Shown here: positions 9,901 to 23,900 of the stretch, one piece after another
How positions within the stretch are numbered: position 1 is the first letter of the stretch
How the letters are laid out: each line of letters begins with the position of its first letter
DNA from: Welwitschia mirabilis
Lineage: Eukaryota
NCBI GenBank assembly: GCA_051453625.1
Contig: JBOZIK010000001.1
Location: 19,469,583 to 19,531,720 of the forward strand
DNA: 62,138 bases
Direction: 5' to 3'
Notes under the pieces: generated by a model
Told to the model about the DNA's origin: nothing
Seen by the model: the letters and a program-made list of their open reading frames with translations, nothing else
Databases searched by the model: none
Program-made: the position numbers and the translations under genes

Positions 9901-12900
9901 CGCATCAAATCACTACCATGTGCTGAACAAGATGGTTTAATCTGGGTATGGCCAGGCACGGCAATCCCTAATATTCCCCTCCCATCCTTGACTCCCCCAT
10001 CTGGATTTGATGTACATGCTCAGGTATTAGAGCCTGCAAGATGCAGTTGATTCATGAACTAGTCAGTTCTCACTCCTAACAGTACAATCAGATTATTTCA
10101 TACTAAAATTTTTTCTGCAAATACTTGTAGATTGTCATGGAGTTGCCTGTTGAGCATGGACTTTTGTTAGACAACCTTTTGGACCTTGCTCACGCACCAT
10201 TCACACACACTACGACATTTGCTAAAGGTTGGGAAGTTCCAAGGTGTGTTGTTTTGTCTAGCTAAACCTCTTCCTATTGTATGTATGAAATTAAAGTAAA
10301 AAGTAGAAGCCTTGAGGCCAGAAACGGAGTTTAATAGATAGCTATGCATTTAAACATTAAATTCATAGAACGGTTTTCCTCAAGTGAATTAAGGTTTTAA
10401 AAAAAGAAAATTTTTAATTGGAAAGGAGCTTGCCAATTTGGAAACAATGGGAGAAAAGAACAATCAAAATGTGGAAAGGAAATGACAATAAGGAATAACA
10501 AAGTGCCAGATCAAGACAAAAAGCTAATGGTCAATAAAAAATGAATGCGATGGCCCATTACCTGTTCGTTGTGATGCAAACTGTGGTGCATGTTAATGAA
10601 CTTGCTTTCTTTGAGATTGTTTTTGTTGTGCCTTGAGCATGATTTTCTGTCCTCTGGGAACTCTTCATTCCTGACTATGTTGTACTTATTTCTTCTTAAG
10701 AAAAAACTAGCAGATTCAGCATCATCCAGTTTTTCAACATTCAACAAATCGTACTATCACGTTTGAGTCAGTACATGCCATGGCTTACATCTGATCTGCT
10801 ACGGCATTGGGCAAGAAGCAATTCTTCTATCTTGATATTCTAGGATTTAAGGATTTCCAAAATATCTCCTCATTGATTTCATATCAGCTCAATATAGGAG
10901 CCACCCAATTTTTTTTTTGAAAAAGGGGGGGAAGAAAAAAACAAAAAGACTTGTATGCTTGATTTCAACTAAAAGAGGGCAGAAAATAATTCAAAAAAGG
11001 TATCATTTGTGACAAAAGAAAAACAGACAAAAGCAAAGTATATGATATAAAACACAACTTGAGGCATGATTCTTTTTTAATTTTTCACTACACATCTTCT
11101 AAAAGGACTTCTATTTTTCAGAGTTACTTGGAAGCGCCTTTCTACAATTCAAAAACCTGCTCAGAATAGTGGTTATTGGACATTTCTATTACATAATTTT
11201 ACCCACAAGACTGAATACACTGCTTTACGCTACTCATAATCTTTGTAAAAAGTATTATTCATCATGTTCTCTGATAACTTGAAATAATGCTTCTCTTTTT
11301 TCTATCATTTGTGTATACGCTAGCTACACTTGCATAGCGATTTCAAGACAAAGAAACTGCTTTCTTCTCACCTTCATGCCTCAAGACCAAAAGTTACAGT
11401 TCCAAGCATGTGTATAAGTGTTGCCACAAATGAGCTTAGGAACATTTACATTTTCATCTTTTTGTCTAGGCCTGACTACTGCTTGTGCATCTCAGATTTG
11501 AGCTTTTTGGAATTCCGTATGCATAAACAAAATCATTGCTATGCCTAAGGCTGATTCATGGTGAGGGCCTCAAGGTTTTCAGTTCATTTTGTTTTTCCTT
11601 TGTTTGATACTTTTAGATTCTCACATTTCAAGCATCTTTGAATTTCTAGTACATTGCATCATGTTATTTATACTATGTGATCGATCATGAGGATATAGTG
11701 GACACTTGATTCCTAAAACCTGTACACAGTATCTTAACCGGTATTAATTCTTGATTCAGTAGTTTAAACTGCCATCTTCCATTCAGCATCAAAACTTTGA
11801 CATGTGAGATCCTCTTCATGGGTTGCCTGTTTGTGATTGTTGGCAAAAGACATTCAACAGGATTCCAACTGTCATGCTTTCTGAAGTTATATAGCTAACT
11901 GAATTGTATTACAAAACACATATTTCATGAATGGTTTATAAGCGGTGTTCAGCAACATTGGCGTCTTTAAAATTTCAGCCAATGTAAACATCCATCTTCT
12001 TTGTAAAATCTGATTTGCAAATCGCACAAGTTATCTTTGCAGTTTCTTCCAGGAGAAAAGATTACTTCTATTGTTATCGTCCAAAAAGATTTTTTGAGAT
12101 AGATTATTGCGGTTGGATGTCATAGTAGATGGTATCCTCAGTTTATGATAGATCTTCAAAAGCCATGATGAAGCTTCAATTTTGATACTTGGTTTTTTAG
12201 TGTAAGGAATGATCCATTCCTATGTTAGCAGATCAGGGCATTAGTTAGAAGCCTAAAGTGAATAACTCAAACATGTATCTAACGAGGCTATGTTAACAAA
12301 GATGCCCCATACATGTTTGCTTCTACATTTGAGAGTTTTTAAAATGAAAGCATTGAACATTTCATTCCCTAGAGTCTTTTTTTGCCCTTTTTTCTTTGTT
12401 TTTGTTTTTTGGGGCTATAATAATGAGTATTGTTTCTTGGGCGTTCTATTCTTTTGTATTAGCAAACCCTTATAATGGGTATTTCATGCATTCAGCATTG
12501 TCAAGTTCATGACACCAAATGCGGGTTTGGAAGGTTTTTGGGATCCTTACCCTATCGATATGGAGTTTCGACCACCATGTATGGTCTTATCAACCATTGG
12601 GATTTCCAAACCAGGGAAAATAAAAGGAAAAAGTGCAAGGAGCTGTAATACACATTTGCATCAATTGCATGTTTGTATACCTGCTTCTAGAGAAAAAACT
12701 CGATTGCTGTACCGGATGTCGCTAGACTTTGCACCTTTCCTGAAGCATGTTCCTTTCATGCATAAACTGTGGAAACACTTTGCTGAGAAGGTATTACTGT
12801 TTGAAGCTATATTCTTGGCCAGAGTCTTGTTTGTAATCAGTACTTAAGTTGACTATATGATGTCTGTATTCTGCAGGTCCTAAATGAAGACCTGAGGCTA

Positions 12901-13044
12901 GTTCTTGGACAACAGGAGAGAATGGTTCGAGGAGCTAATGTGTGGAATTTACCAGTGTCATATGACAAACTCGGAATCAGATATCGGATTTGGAGAAACG
13001 CCGTGGAAGAAGGTAAGAAAGAATTGCCTTTCAGTAAATCCTAG
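6785..13044 (+). CDS. CAO: Chlorophyllide a oxygenase (chlorophyll b synthase), chloroplast-targeted Rieske oxygenase; join(6785..6910,8584..8814,8979..9083,9198..9470,9576..9723,9839..10023,10131..10243,12496..12790,12877..13044), 547 aa
   Basis: Exons splice in consistent phase to 1644 nt ending TAG. Diagnostic CAO peptides: [15 protein letters not shown] (A domain), [18 protein letters not shown]...IQCPYHGW (Rieske), [19 protein letters not shown] (Fe site), [33 protein letters not shown]. Introns 2-8 are GT-AG; intron 1 is inferred GC-AG. Confidence 0.97.
6994..7310. repeat. Diverged tandem duplication (~171-bp period, 2 copies) in CAO intron 1
   Basis: aaatctctgtttgaagtcgcac...ttttaaattaatac from 6994 aligns with aaatcttttcttgaagtcacat...ttttaaattaataa from 7165. 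Confidence 0.8.
8071..8610. repeat. Tandem duplication of the 3' end of CAO intron 1 plus the first ~27 nt of exon 2, with an inner 67-bp duplication
   Basis: atgaacgt... units start at 8075, 8142 and 8388. Segment ~8142-8364 aligns with ~8388-8610; both end ...tttcaagtcgta. Confidence 0.88.
8584..8814 (+). CDS. CAO: CAO exon 2 (A domain)
   Basis: CTAAC branch site at ~8561, acceptor cag|; encodes KNVGFFQV...[11 protein letters not shown]...[17 protein letters not shown]; donor gtttcc. Confidence 0.93.
8979..9083 (+). CDS. CAO: CAO exon 3
   Basis: tag|[35 protein letters not shown]|gtacag; too short for the ORF track. Confidence 0.95.
9198..9470 (+). CDS. CAO: CAO exon 4
   Basis: cag|[15 protein letters not shown]...[19 protein letters not shown]|gtaatc. 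Confidence 0.95.
9576..9723 (+). CDS. CAO: CAO exon 5 (Rieske 2Fe-2S motif)
   Basis: cag|[49 protein letters not shown](G)|gtacgt. Confidence 0.96.
9839..10023 (+). CDS. CAO: CAO exon 6
   Basis: cag|(G)[15 protein letters not shown]...GLIWVWPG...GFDVHAQ|gtatta. Confidence 0.95.
10131..10243 (+). CDS. CAO: CAO exon 7 (mononuclear iron-binding motif)
   Basis: tag|[37 protein letters not shown](S)|gtgtgt. Confidence 0.96.
12496..12790 (+). CDS. CAO: CAO exon 8
   Basis: cag|(S)[24 protein letters not shown]...HLHQLHVC...WKHFAEK|gtatta. Confidence 0.95.
12877..13044 (+). CDS. CAO: CAO exon 9 (last coding exon)
   Basis: cag|[55 protein letters not shown]. Confidence 0.95.
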   Translation, partial: VLNEDLRLVLGQQERMVRGANVWNLPVSYDKLGIRYRIWRNAVEEGKKELPFSKS

Positions 13045-15698
13045 CTTTGTAAGAAGCTCATGTGGAGAATAAAGATGTTCTGCCAAGGATAAGACTATTT
13101 CTCGACATGTCACTTTGCTTAATTGTTTTCCATCATCTGTCATGAGCTCCACTTAAGAAGGCCTCTGTTTGGGCTAAGACAGGAACGGGCAAGACAGTCC
13201 TGTTGCTCGTTATAATAAGAAGTTCCTCCAGAAGGTGAACTTTGCATTACAACTGAGTGTCAGATTGTGTACACTATGCTTTCTCCAAGAAACAAACAAT
13301 TGATAAGGAGCTCCCAACGACATTTGTTTTCAATCTATCTGTAGGATGGACTTTTCATTTGTGTATAGCAAATTACATTGTCATTCTTCCATGGCATTTT
13401 TGGTATACATTTGCAAAAGCAATAAAATGTTAAATTTTTCTGGGGATATCAAGAAGCAAATGAGATTTTTGTTTTGTATGTGGCCGTGTTGGATAGCTAT
13501 TGTTTTATAGTAGTTATCTCATACTGCATTGCTGCCAGTTCTTCATATCTAATGGAGCTAGATGATCTCATCCTAATGCTGTGTACAATCACTGAAATAT
13601 GGATTGCCTATCTATTTTAGAAATCAAGTTGGAGAAGCTCTGTAAGACATTTTTCAGGACACCTATGGGTGTCTAAATTTCTCATATATGATCTAAAAGT
13701 ATCAATAGCAAGTAGCTGGAGATAGAAATACATGCCTAACAAAAGGGGTAATTTTATTGTGAATTTGGACCAATGTTTACAAGTTGTAAGCTTCGATGTT
13801 TGGTGTTTGAGTCCCACATTGTGTAGGTTGATTTGTGATTCTACTCATATGTTCTAGGTGAACTAGGCTGATTTGTGATTCTACCCATGTATTTGAAGTG
13901 CATTAGGCATAAACTTAAATGTCTTTGTATAAATCTATCAAATCTTTTGTAATTCTTTGCCAAAGCTTATAGTTCCTACCTATGTGGGTTTTCAAATTAC
14001 ACTAATAATAAATTACACTAATAGTGATTAGCTCCATTGGCAATCAGCAGCGCTCTCTTTTCAGCCATCAATTAAGCACTGGTGCATCAAATTTCTTGGC
14101 TCCTTCCAATTGGTGCATTGAAGTCCTCATAGATAACAATATTTCCTTCATTAACAANNNNNNNNNNNNNNNNNNNNNNNNNNNNNNNNNNNNNNNNNNN
14201 NNNNNNNNNNNNNNNNNNNNNNNNNNNNNNNNNNNNNNNNNNNNNNNNNNNNNNNNNNNNNNNNNNNNNNNNNNNNNNNNNNNNNNNNNNNNNNNNNNNN
14301 NNNNNNNNNNNNNNNNNNNNNNNNNNNNNNNNNNNNNNNNNNNNNNNNNNNNNNNNNNNNNNNNNNNNNNNNNNNNNNNNNNNNNNNNNNNNNNNNNNNN
14401 NNNNNNNNNNNNNNNNNNNNNNNNNNNNNNNNNNNNNNNNNNNNNNNNNNNNNNNNNNNNNNNNNNNNNNNNNNNNNNNNNNNNNNNNNNNNNNNNNNNN
14501 NNNNNNNNNNNNNNNNNNNNNNNNNNNNNNNNNNNNNNNNNNNNNNNNNNNNNNNNNNNNNNNNNNNNNNNNNNNNNNNNNNNNNNNNNNNNNNNNNNNN
14601 NNNNNNNNNNNNNNNNNNNNNNNNNNNNNNNNNNNNNNNNNNNNNNNNNNNNNNNNNNNNNNNNNNNNNNNNNNNNNNNNNNNNNNNNNNNNNNNNNNNN
14701 NNNNNNNNNNNNNNNNNNNNNNNNNNNNNNNNNNNNNNNNNNNNNNNNNNNNNNNNNNNNNNNNNNNNNNNNNNNNNNNNNNNNNNNNNNNNNNNNNNNN
14801 NNNNNNNNNNNNNNNNNNNNNNNNNNNNNNNNCAAATTTTGAAATACTTGTTTCCTAAGATCAAAAAGGATGGTTCCTAGACATATTTAAAGAATTATAA
14901 ATAGTACAATCGCTTAAAAAAATATTGAAAAGCTACATAAAAGTAACCTCTTTGATGAGATATTTTTAGCCAAATAAGCTACTTGTGATCATCAAGCATA
15001 GCAGTATCACTGAATCTTTCGATTTTGCTTTTTATGATGTAAGCTATTCCATCAAATGATCTACTACTTATATTTTGTGTAATTATAAATTGAAAACTTA
15101 AAAAAAACTTGGATCCTCAAACTCATCAGATCTTTTATCTTGCCACGTTTCAACAAAACCAAATATATCAAAAACATTTAAAAGCCTACTATTATATAGT
15201 GCAATTAGCTTAATTGCAAAACCATTATCAATATTTAAGAAACTATAATGCAAGTTATTTGTGCCTTTTTCTAGTTTGCATTATCTTTAATCGTTGCTAT
15301 ATTTTAAGTATTTAAATATGTATTTTGCCTTTTGGTTGTATCCTTAACTTTTTTCCATTCTTCTACATTATTTGCAAAATTTCTGATGTTTTCATTCATC
15401 CATGTTTTTCCCATCTAAATTGTTTTGATTCTTCGATACTTTTTCATAAGATGTTGAATCTCCAAATTTGATGATAATATGTTTAAGGACTAACCATTCA
15501 TTGTCCCTTCATTTTTGGCTAGGTTTTTTTTTTTATAATGAAAGAATTCGGTTACTAGGCTTTTTCCATATTAAAATAATCACATCTTCCTTTTTCTTCT
15601 AGTCCTCAATGTCATAGTTTTTTTTTTTTTTGAATAAAGCCTTTCACTTTTTGGAAACCTTTAGGAGAAGGTAATTGTTTAACAATTAAAAGATAAAT

Positions 15699-15782
15699 TA
15701 GAAGTATCACTCTTTTGCATTTAATGCAATATTTGTTTTAGAAGTAACACTATTTTGCATTTAATGCAACATTTGTTTTAGA
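15699..15782. repeat. 40-bp tandem duplication
   Basis: tagaagta(t/a)cact(c/a)ttttgcatttaatgcaa(t/c)atttgttt, two copies. Confidence 0.85.
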
Positions 15783-18340
15783 GTGTTGACAGTAGCATCC
15801 CAATACCATAGAACTAGAGTTTCAACTCTGTTACGGGGAGGAAAAAAGGAGCCAAAAAAAAAAAAAAAGAGAGCAAGTTAATTCAAACATGATTTTAGAA
15901 TGAATAGTTAAAACCAAAATTTCGAACAAAAAACTAATAAAAATACTAGCATAAAAAGTCCATTCTAAAAGTGACAAACTTATGAATGTAAAACTAGATT
16001 TTAAAGGCAAAATCCACTAAAACTTGTGAAATTTAAAGGATATTAAGTGATGTTTACGATGTAGATATAGAAATGTGATTTTTTGGAATAATGTAGTCAC
16101 GAAGGATGGTGGACCAATAAACAAAGGAGGAGTAAAAAGAAACGAAAAGAAGGTTGTACTTTGTTTGCATGCTTTTTCTTTTTCTTTTTCTTTTTTTCTA
16201 TCTTCCAAACGATTTTTTAGACCATTTTGTTATATTGAAGTCAAACTTGAAACTTTAATGATCATATCTCTTGTTAGAAGTGTACCCACAATGTTTGGCC
16301 AATGAAATGATTTTTAATTATGTCTAGAGCCTCATAATGTGCCAATCATGGTGTCCCAATGTTTGGACGCATGACCTTCTAAGTGGAAAACGAGGACCAC
16401 AGTAATTGAACTACCACGGAATTTGCAACTATTTTTTAAAAGTATGTTTTCATGTCAATTAGACCTTTTTTTCTCTCTAATTAATCACATCTTTACTCAT
16501 TACATGTATACTCTCATCAAAATGTTTCACCTTCTCACTATTATCGTAAAACAAAGGGATTGTGGGTTTTATGTCAACTTATTTCTTTAATTTATTCATA
16601 AATAGCATCATACTTAGATTACATACTTGGGCTTGACATGGGATCTTGTGTTTTATTATACCAAGGTATTAGGGAAATGGAATATGACATTTCTAATCCT
16701 AAATCATCTTATATTTAAATTTTAGTTAAGTTTTAGTCTACAAAGGCAATCAATTTCATGGATGACTTCCCATACATTATCCCAAATCATTCTTTAACAT
16801 CACAAAAATTTAACAATGACCTTTAAATATATTTATAATAAAAATTGTAGATGTTGCAAAAAATGAAGGATTAGCATAGGATAGAAGCTACCCCAAATCA
16901 GTCATTTATGAAACAGAAGAATGCTAGGTGTGGAATGTGAGAAGAACAATGAAAAATAAAATATAAAATACACACCAAGATTTAACATGACTTGGTAATG
17001 TGCGTACGTCCATGGAGAAGAGGCTTTGCCTTTCCTATTATAGAAAGAACGGGAAAATAAGAGATATCACAACTTGGCTCTGTAATACAACAGTCACACC
17101 TTAGCCCACAACTAGCTACACTTTCTCACTTAAAGCAGCCACAACCCAAACAATCTGACAATGCTTGTGATGATACACCATTGAATGCGTTCTAATTTAT
17201 AAAGTTGTTATGCACAGGAGCCTTCCTCGGGCCACTTATATAAGCCTAGGCTTAGCGTTAAATAAGAAAAACACTAAAATAAGCATGCTTTCTCATTTAC
17301 TATGATTGGTTCACGCTTATTTTGTCTATGACAATAATTCAAAAATGACTAATATGGTGAAAAGAGCCAATATAAGACTTGTATTCCAACAATCTCCACC
17401 TTGAGCGAAAATCACCTTCCATGTATGAAACATCGAATTCCCAATCCATATCTACTTAGCTACCTTTGAGAAAGTTGCAAGAATTTTGGACACCATTTGA
17501 ACTTTTCTAGATAAAGTGGTTTCGTCAACATGTCTGTTGGATGTACTTGTAAAACCTTTGTAGATGAACACATCCTTCCTCAATTTATTATCATATAAAG
17601 TGATACTTCCCTTGAATGTTCTTTGATCTCTTATGAAATATTGGATTGTATGCCAAGAGTATGACACTTTCACTATCACTAAAAATTATCATCATTGCTT
17701 GATGTTTTCCTAATTATTCCTTAATATTTTTTAGCCAAAAGCACTTGAAAAATTTAAACCAAAATAATTTACAATCACCTTAATATCTTTAGGGTAGTAG
17801 ATAAACAATCCTAAATTTTCATTCAAATATTTTAGGATCTACTAAACTTCTTCCTAGTGCAAGATTACTTATGAGTCTACTAACAAGATCCACAACATGA
17901 GCAATATCAGTCTTGTCTCCATCATTACATACATCAAACTATCAGTGGCATTGGAGTACTTAAAATATGTATTCCTTCTTAAGTCTTCCACACTATTAAG
18001 AGGATAGTCAGAAATGAGTTCTAATGGGACTTCCAATAGGATTTACATCTTGCATTCTAAATATCTTAAGAACTTTTTGATGTATCATTCCTAAGACAAC
18101 CACAACTTCCCGTTCTTTTTGTCTTGAGTAATGTCCATGCTAAAGATTAACTTAGCTTCATCTAAGTCCTTCATCTCAAACTCTAACAACAAGAGGTCCT
18201 TTAGATTATTAATCTCCATCTTTTTCTTCCCTATAATAACCATGTCACCATGTATAGAACCAATATGAGGCTGCCATTCTCACACTTCCTACTATATTTT
18301 GGAAACTAATCTTGCACATGGAAACACTAAACCTCTTGTG

Positions 18341-20981
18341 CGGAAGGGGGGAAGAGGGTTTGTTAAGGTGGAGAAAAAACTTGACTAAAGAGAACACCTT
18401 AGCAGAGCCCAAAGAGGGACAAAAAGTAACTGCACCCCTTGGGATGATTACTAGAATGCAGAGCAAAAAAACCAACAAGCTTAAAGAGCACCAAGTTGAT
18501 TAGGTGAGCTTGTTGTAGTGAATCTTTAGAATTTTGTAATCTTTATGAAGATTGAAAGCTTCATATTGAAGGAGAACTACTGCCAAGATTGAGAATTTAA
18601 TGTTTAGGGAGGAGACTTGAAGATAATCCTTATTAAACCAAGAATGCCCTATATGTGAGTGCTCAGACCACTAATATTAGTAATCAAATCCTAGACCTGA
18701 CGAGCGATGCTACAATACCAAAAAGTGTGTTAGAAGATTTCATGAGCCTCACATATAGGGCATAAAGGATAAGCAACTCCAAAAAGTTGAAGACGATGTC
18801 CAATAGGAAGGCCTTGATGAATAAGACACCAAAAAGACATTTTATGTTTTGGATACGCTTTTACCCTTTAAACTTCTTTGAAGAAACTTCTCCATTTATC
18901 CTCCGTCTAGTCGAGATACCATTTAGAGTTCAACTTCCTAATGAGATTAGTGAAGTCCTGAAATCATGTACGGGCTTGAGAAAGAGACAACTTGGTAATG
19001 CCAAAACCAATCATCCCACCAGTTCTTGTTGGTTTGATGCCATTCAATACTAGCAACCATATTTTCTATGTGCCTGATAATAAGGAGATCCAACTTCTGA
19101 ACCTTCCATTTGGATTTAAGTTGAGACCAATTAATCTTTATATGACTATTCTGTTGAACTACAAATTGGTCTATGTAGAGAATACCTGCTTTAGCCAATC
19201 TTTGAAGTCTAACTAGGATATAAGAAGCCAAAGAGTTATCAGTAATTTTAAAGGCTAGAGACCACTAAGGAGAATGAGAGACAAGCTGATTGACACTTAA
19301 ATCAGCTAGTTGCCATAGCAAAAAATTTTTTAGTCTATGTAAAGATTTGAAAATTTGCTGGAAAACATAAGAGCCTTTGCCTTTGAAGTTGTTGTAAGAA
19401 AAGATGGAATTACTCCAGTGAATACCTTTCCATAACTGATTTGAACACATAGTGCTATTAGCAAAATAATACCTGATTAAAACCTTCCAAGCCTCATCTC
19501 CTTTCGAGGATTGAACTATCCATTTAGAGGCTAATAAAATACCTTGATGCTATTAGGAGGGAATTCCTAAATCAACTAAGTGCTTGGAACAACAACAAGA
19601 ACTTTACGTAACTTTATAAAAGACTTTACCACTTGAAGTCCTCTTCCATAGAAAACTTCATAGAATTTTGTTGACAATTTCATAAGCATAGCTAGAGGGG
19701 GCCATGAAAGAGGCATAATAAATTGGAATAGCACTGATGATATGAATATAAACAACAAGCCTTCCGATGAAGGACAAGTATTTGCCAAACCATTTAAGAA
19801 TCTTATCTTTAACTTTGTCGATAACCATTTGCCACATATTTAAAGGAGTATTTGATAAAGCAATAGGAATTTATAAAAGTTTGAAATGATTAATGGGGGA
19901 GAGCCATTGGAGATTAAAGTGGTAAGACCAATCAGGCCTTTCAGTTAGCGTGGAACAAATAGCAGAGGTTTTATTTCAATTGATTTACAAGCTTGAAGCT
20001 AGACAATACATATTAAAAATTTCTATAGCTTTCTGGAAATTAGATTCAGTTTCTTTGAGTAAGAGGAAAGTATCATCCGCAAATTGACTGTAGAGAATTG
20101 AATTACCATTGGAAAGGTGAATATCATGAAGATTGCCTAAGGAATGATGAGCTTTAAGAAGGGCTCTAAGAGCATTTGCTGCTATGATAAAAAGATAAGA
20201 AGCTAAGGAACACCCCTGCCTAACTAATCACTAAAGGGATATGGGATGAGAGAAGACATCATTAATGCAGATAACTGAAGTAACATTCGCTAAAAGCTTC
20301 TGAACATGATTTTTGAAGATTCCACCAAGTTGATGATGTTGAATGACTCTAGTAAGGAAATGCCAATTGAGTTTGTCATAAGCTTTAGTAAAATCAAGCT
20401 TCGGAATAATAGCCTGTTGAGAACAATTTTTCGCCTAGTGCATAGACTTAACCACAGTTAATACATTATCCAAGATAAAACTATTCTGAACAAAACCGGT
20501 TTGCTCTTTACTGATAAGAGAATGGAGAAATTTCTTTAACTTGTTGGCCATAGCTTTGGCAATAATTTTATAAATCATATTCAAAAGAGTGATAGGTCTC
20601 CAATTATTGAGCTTATGAGAACCACCTGATTTAGGCAGAAGTTTAACTATTCCTGTGTTGAGAAAAGTTCCTAGGGATTTATTGTCCAACGCTTCTTTAT
20701 AGACATTATAAGCATTCGATTCAATAGTATGCCAAAATTTAGAAAAGAATTCTCTTGGAAGACCATCCGAACCTGGAGCTTTACCATCCTTGAGTTGTTG
20801 AAGGACATTAAGAAAATCAGCTTTAGAGAGGCACTGATCATTCCCAAAGACTTTTTGATTGAAGGGATGAAGATTACTAGGACAAGTATCAATAGTTATA
20901 TCATCGACTATACTAGCAGAGAAGACCTGAGAGTAATGATTATAAAAAACTTAAAGAATCTGATCTATGGAAGTGTGGATC
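18341..20981 (-). mobile_element. 5'-truncated L1-clade LINE inserted in the copia RT
   Basis: GIVKLLPK...NWRPITLLNMIYKIIAK...EQTGFV (ORF 20435-20689), QGCSLASYLF, SQFADDTF. ~15-bp TSD acactaaacctcttg (18324) / acattaaaccttttg (20982). Confidence 0.9.
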
Positions 20982-23900
20982 ACATTAAACCTTTTGCACC
21001 ATTTCTTTAGACTCTGTCTTAATTAATATAAGGAGTTTTTGAGTTTGTAGATAAGATTTTCCTTACCTTTTACAGAAGCCCCTTTGGTTGCTTATGCAGA
21101 TCCATTCTTCTAGTTCACAATGAAAGAAAATTATTCTTACATTTATTTGTATGAGGTCAAGATTGTCTATTGCAAATAAAGTTAATATGACCCATATTTA
21201 TGCTAACTTTGCAACTGGTGTGAAGACATCAAAGAATGCTATCCTTATTTTCTAGAAAGAACCATTAGTAATCAATCTTGATTTGAGTTGGTTAATAAGT
21301 TGTAATACAATACACTTCATTTTGAATAACAATTCATAGTCTATGGATTTTGTTCCTTTTAGAATCCTTAACCACTCATGCTTTTAGGTAGTCTTCACTT
21401 TCTCTTGATAATACATTAACTCATCCACTTTAGTAACTAATGACAAAATTGCATACTCATCATCATACCTACTTGGAACATCTTTGTTTGGTTTTGAATA
21501 TCTTTAAAGCTTTACTTGAGGATAAGTATCCTCCGCTTAAATCTGTATATCAACAAATTCTTATAATTGAGATTCCTCTCTATTATTCTCTTCATCCTCA
21601 TCTCTAGTAGGCTTCATCTTTATAAAGTAGTTTTCCTTAGGCTAATCCACCTTAAGCTTGCATTGGATTTTATATTGTGAAAGTGATGATTCATTAAAAT
21701 GAGGTTCTTGGTGAATAAGATATCAAATTCTATTGTCTTTCATGATCCTTTCATATCTAAAAAAGATGAACTTCTTGCATTGAAGGCTAAGCTTACTCAC
21801 TTGAACATTTAAAATATGTACATATGTAGAAAATCCAAAAGTCCCAAGGTCCTTGCATTTACCTAGTGGTTCAATCTATGCCTTTTCTAAAGTCTTGTTG
21901 TTAATAGAAAGAGATGGTGTTTTATGCACTAAGTAGCATGTAGTGTTAACCATCTTTATTCAAACTAGTAAAACTGATCATGCTTCTTCCACATTATAGG
22001 AGTGTATGATTCATCCCTTTTACAACACCATTCTGCTGTGAAGTACCTATAAGGTATCTTTTGATTTCTTCATACTTGTAGTATGACTTGAAATCCTTTG
22101 AGATGTACTCTTCATTGCAATCTATTTAAACATACTTAATCTTATTTCCAGTACTCCTCTCTATATGGGCCTTAAATTCCTTAAACTTATGAAAAGCATC
22201 AGATTTTGCTTGGACGAAAAAGACCCATATCTTTCTCGACTTCTCATTAATGAAGGTGATGAAATACCACATACTTCTTAAAGATGCTTCAGAAGAAGGA
22301 CCCCAAACATCACTTTGCACTAAATCCAAGCTATATTTACTTCTTTTTATGGTATAAAAAAACTTTATATTATTTTCTATATACATAATGCTTATAGAAA
22401 TCATATGTATTTTTCTACAAACTAGAAGGATTATTCTCTATAATAATTCTTTAATCCAAGCTCACTAGTGTGTTCAAGATATCTGTGCCATTACATCAAT
22501 GTAGTACCATCTATAAGTGTAATATCTACATCCCCTTCAATTGTATCTTCTAACTTGTAGAGATTTACTTCTACTTGAGCTCTCATCATGATAAAAGGAC
22601 CACTAATTATTTTCACCATGTTAGTTTTTCTAATGAACTTGTAACCAAATCCATCTAAGGCTTTAAGAAAAATGAGGTTCCAACTCATCTTTGATGTGTC
22701 CTTTACAGCTATGAGAGTCATTAAAATTTAAGTCTTGATTAAAATAATATTGACACTAATAATTCTTGCTTCATTGTATGTTTCCATTAGAAGATATTCC
22801 CCATTAATTTCTTACTAGATATAGAATCAAGATCTATTAGGAATAATTTTCCATGAACCTCCTAATTCATGAATTCATTTCCCTCCTTCAAGTGGTTTTT
22901 TGGATGTGAGAACATATCTAGAATCTTTGTTGTTAATCGCATTGGCCTCATTTTTATAAGAGGTAGATGCCTATCCTTTCATGTTCAACTTTTTGCATTC
23001 CTTATGAAATGCCCCTTTTTATAATAGTACTAATATTCCATATTTTCTTATTATCCTTTCTAGATTTAAACTTTGATATGAATGTTTACTGATCAAGACC
23101 TTTTCCCATGATGCACCCTCTACCTAAAATACCTTCACCAACTAGTTTTACATTAGCAGACTTTAATTGCTCTTTTCATAAAGATTTAGTAGTCATTATC
23201 TCGATTTTTAGAGCATTCTTTTTATAGAAAAACATCATGATAAGAGGTTTGAGTAATGTTAGAAGAGAATTGAGAAGGATAACAACTTGATCCTCCTCTT
23301 CAATTTGTACATCAATGCTTGATAAATAACAAATTAGCTTATTTAGAACATTCAAGTGATTTATTATGGATGTAGGACATCCTCTTTTCTCTTAACCCTA
23401 ATTAAGTACTATTTTTCCCCTCTTTTCTCTTCCTTCCTTCTTTAATATTATTACCTAAGAGATACAAGGGAACCTAGAACCAAAATTTACTTAATCCTTT
23501 ATTAGCATTTCTATATTCTAAGAAAGACGAATCATATTAATATTATATATTTATGTATAATTAGTTCTAGGTTATTTTGGTTTATAAACAATCATGATAT
23601 CATAAGTTTATGTTCTCTATTTATTCCTACTTTTATATCACATAAAAGATATCTTATGTATAGTTGATGAGATGTAAACTTGTTAACATACATGAATAAA
23701 TTTTAACAACAATACCTAACCAATATAATAGGAGGTTATAACTCTAATTAATGACATTCAAACTTGATATTTGGCCACCCTTCGAATGTTAGTTGGTTCT
23801 ACTTCAAGTTCTAAACTATATAAACATGATTGGGATCAACTCCATAGGATTTCAATTCACCTCGATATACCTATAATACAAGTGAAAGACAATATGTGAG

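Noticed and set aside
13008..13017. Donor-like AAG|GTAAGA near the CAO C-terminus suggesting a tenth exon
   Set aside because: The frame continues through ELPFSKS*, which matches the usual CAO C-terminal LPF end; no extra exon is needed.
14024..14864. Long ORFs in the track (also 48248-48886 and 50185-51041)
   Set aside because: They are artefacts of translating through N gaps.
14840..15650. Possible DNA-transposon transposase remnant on the minus strand
   Set aside because: It looks vaguely coding, but I found no diagnostic motif, TIR or TSD.
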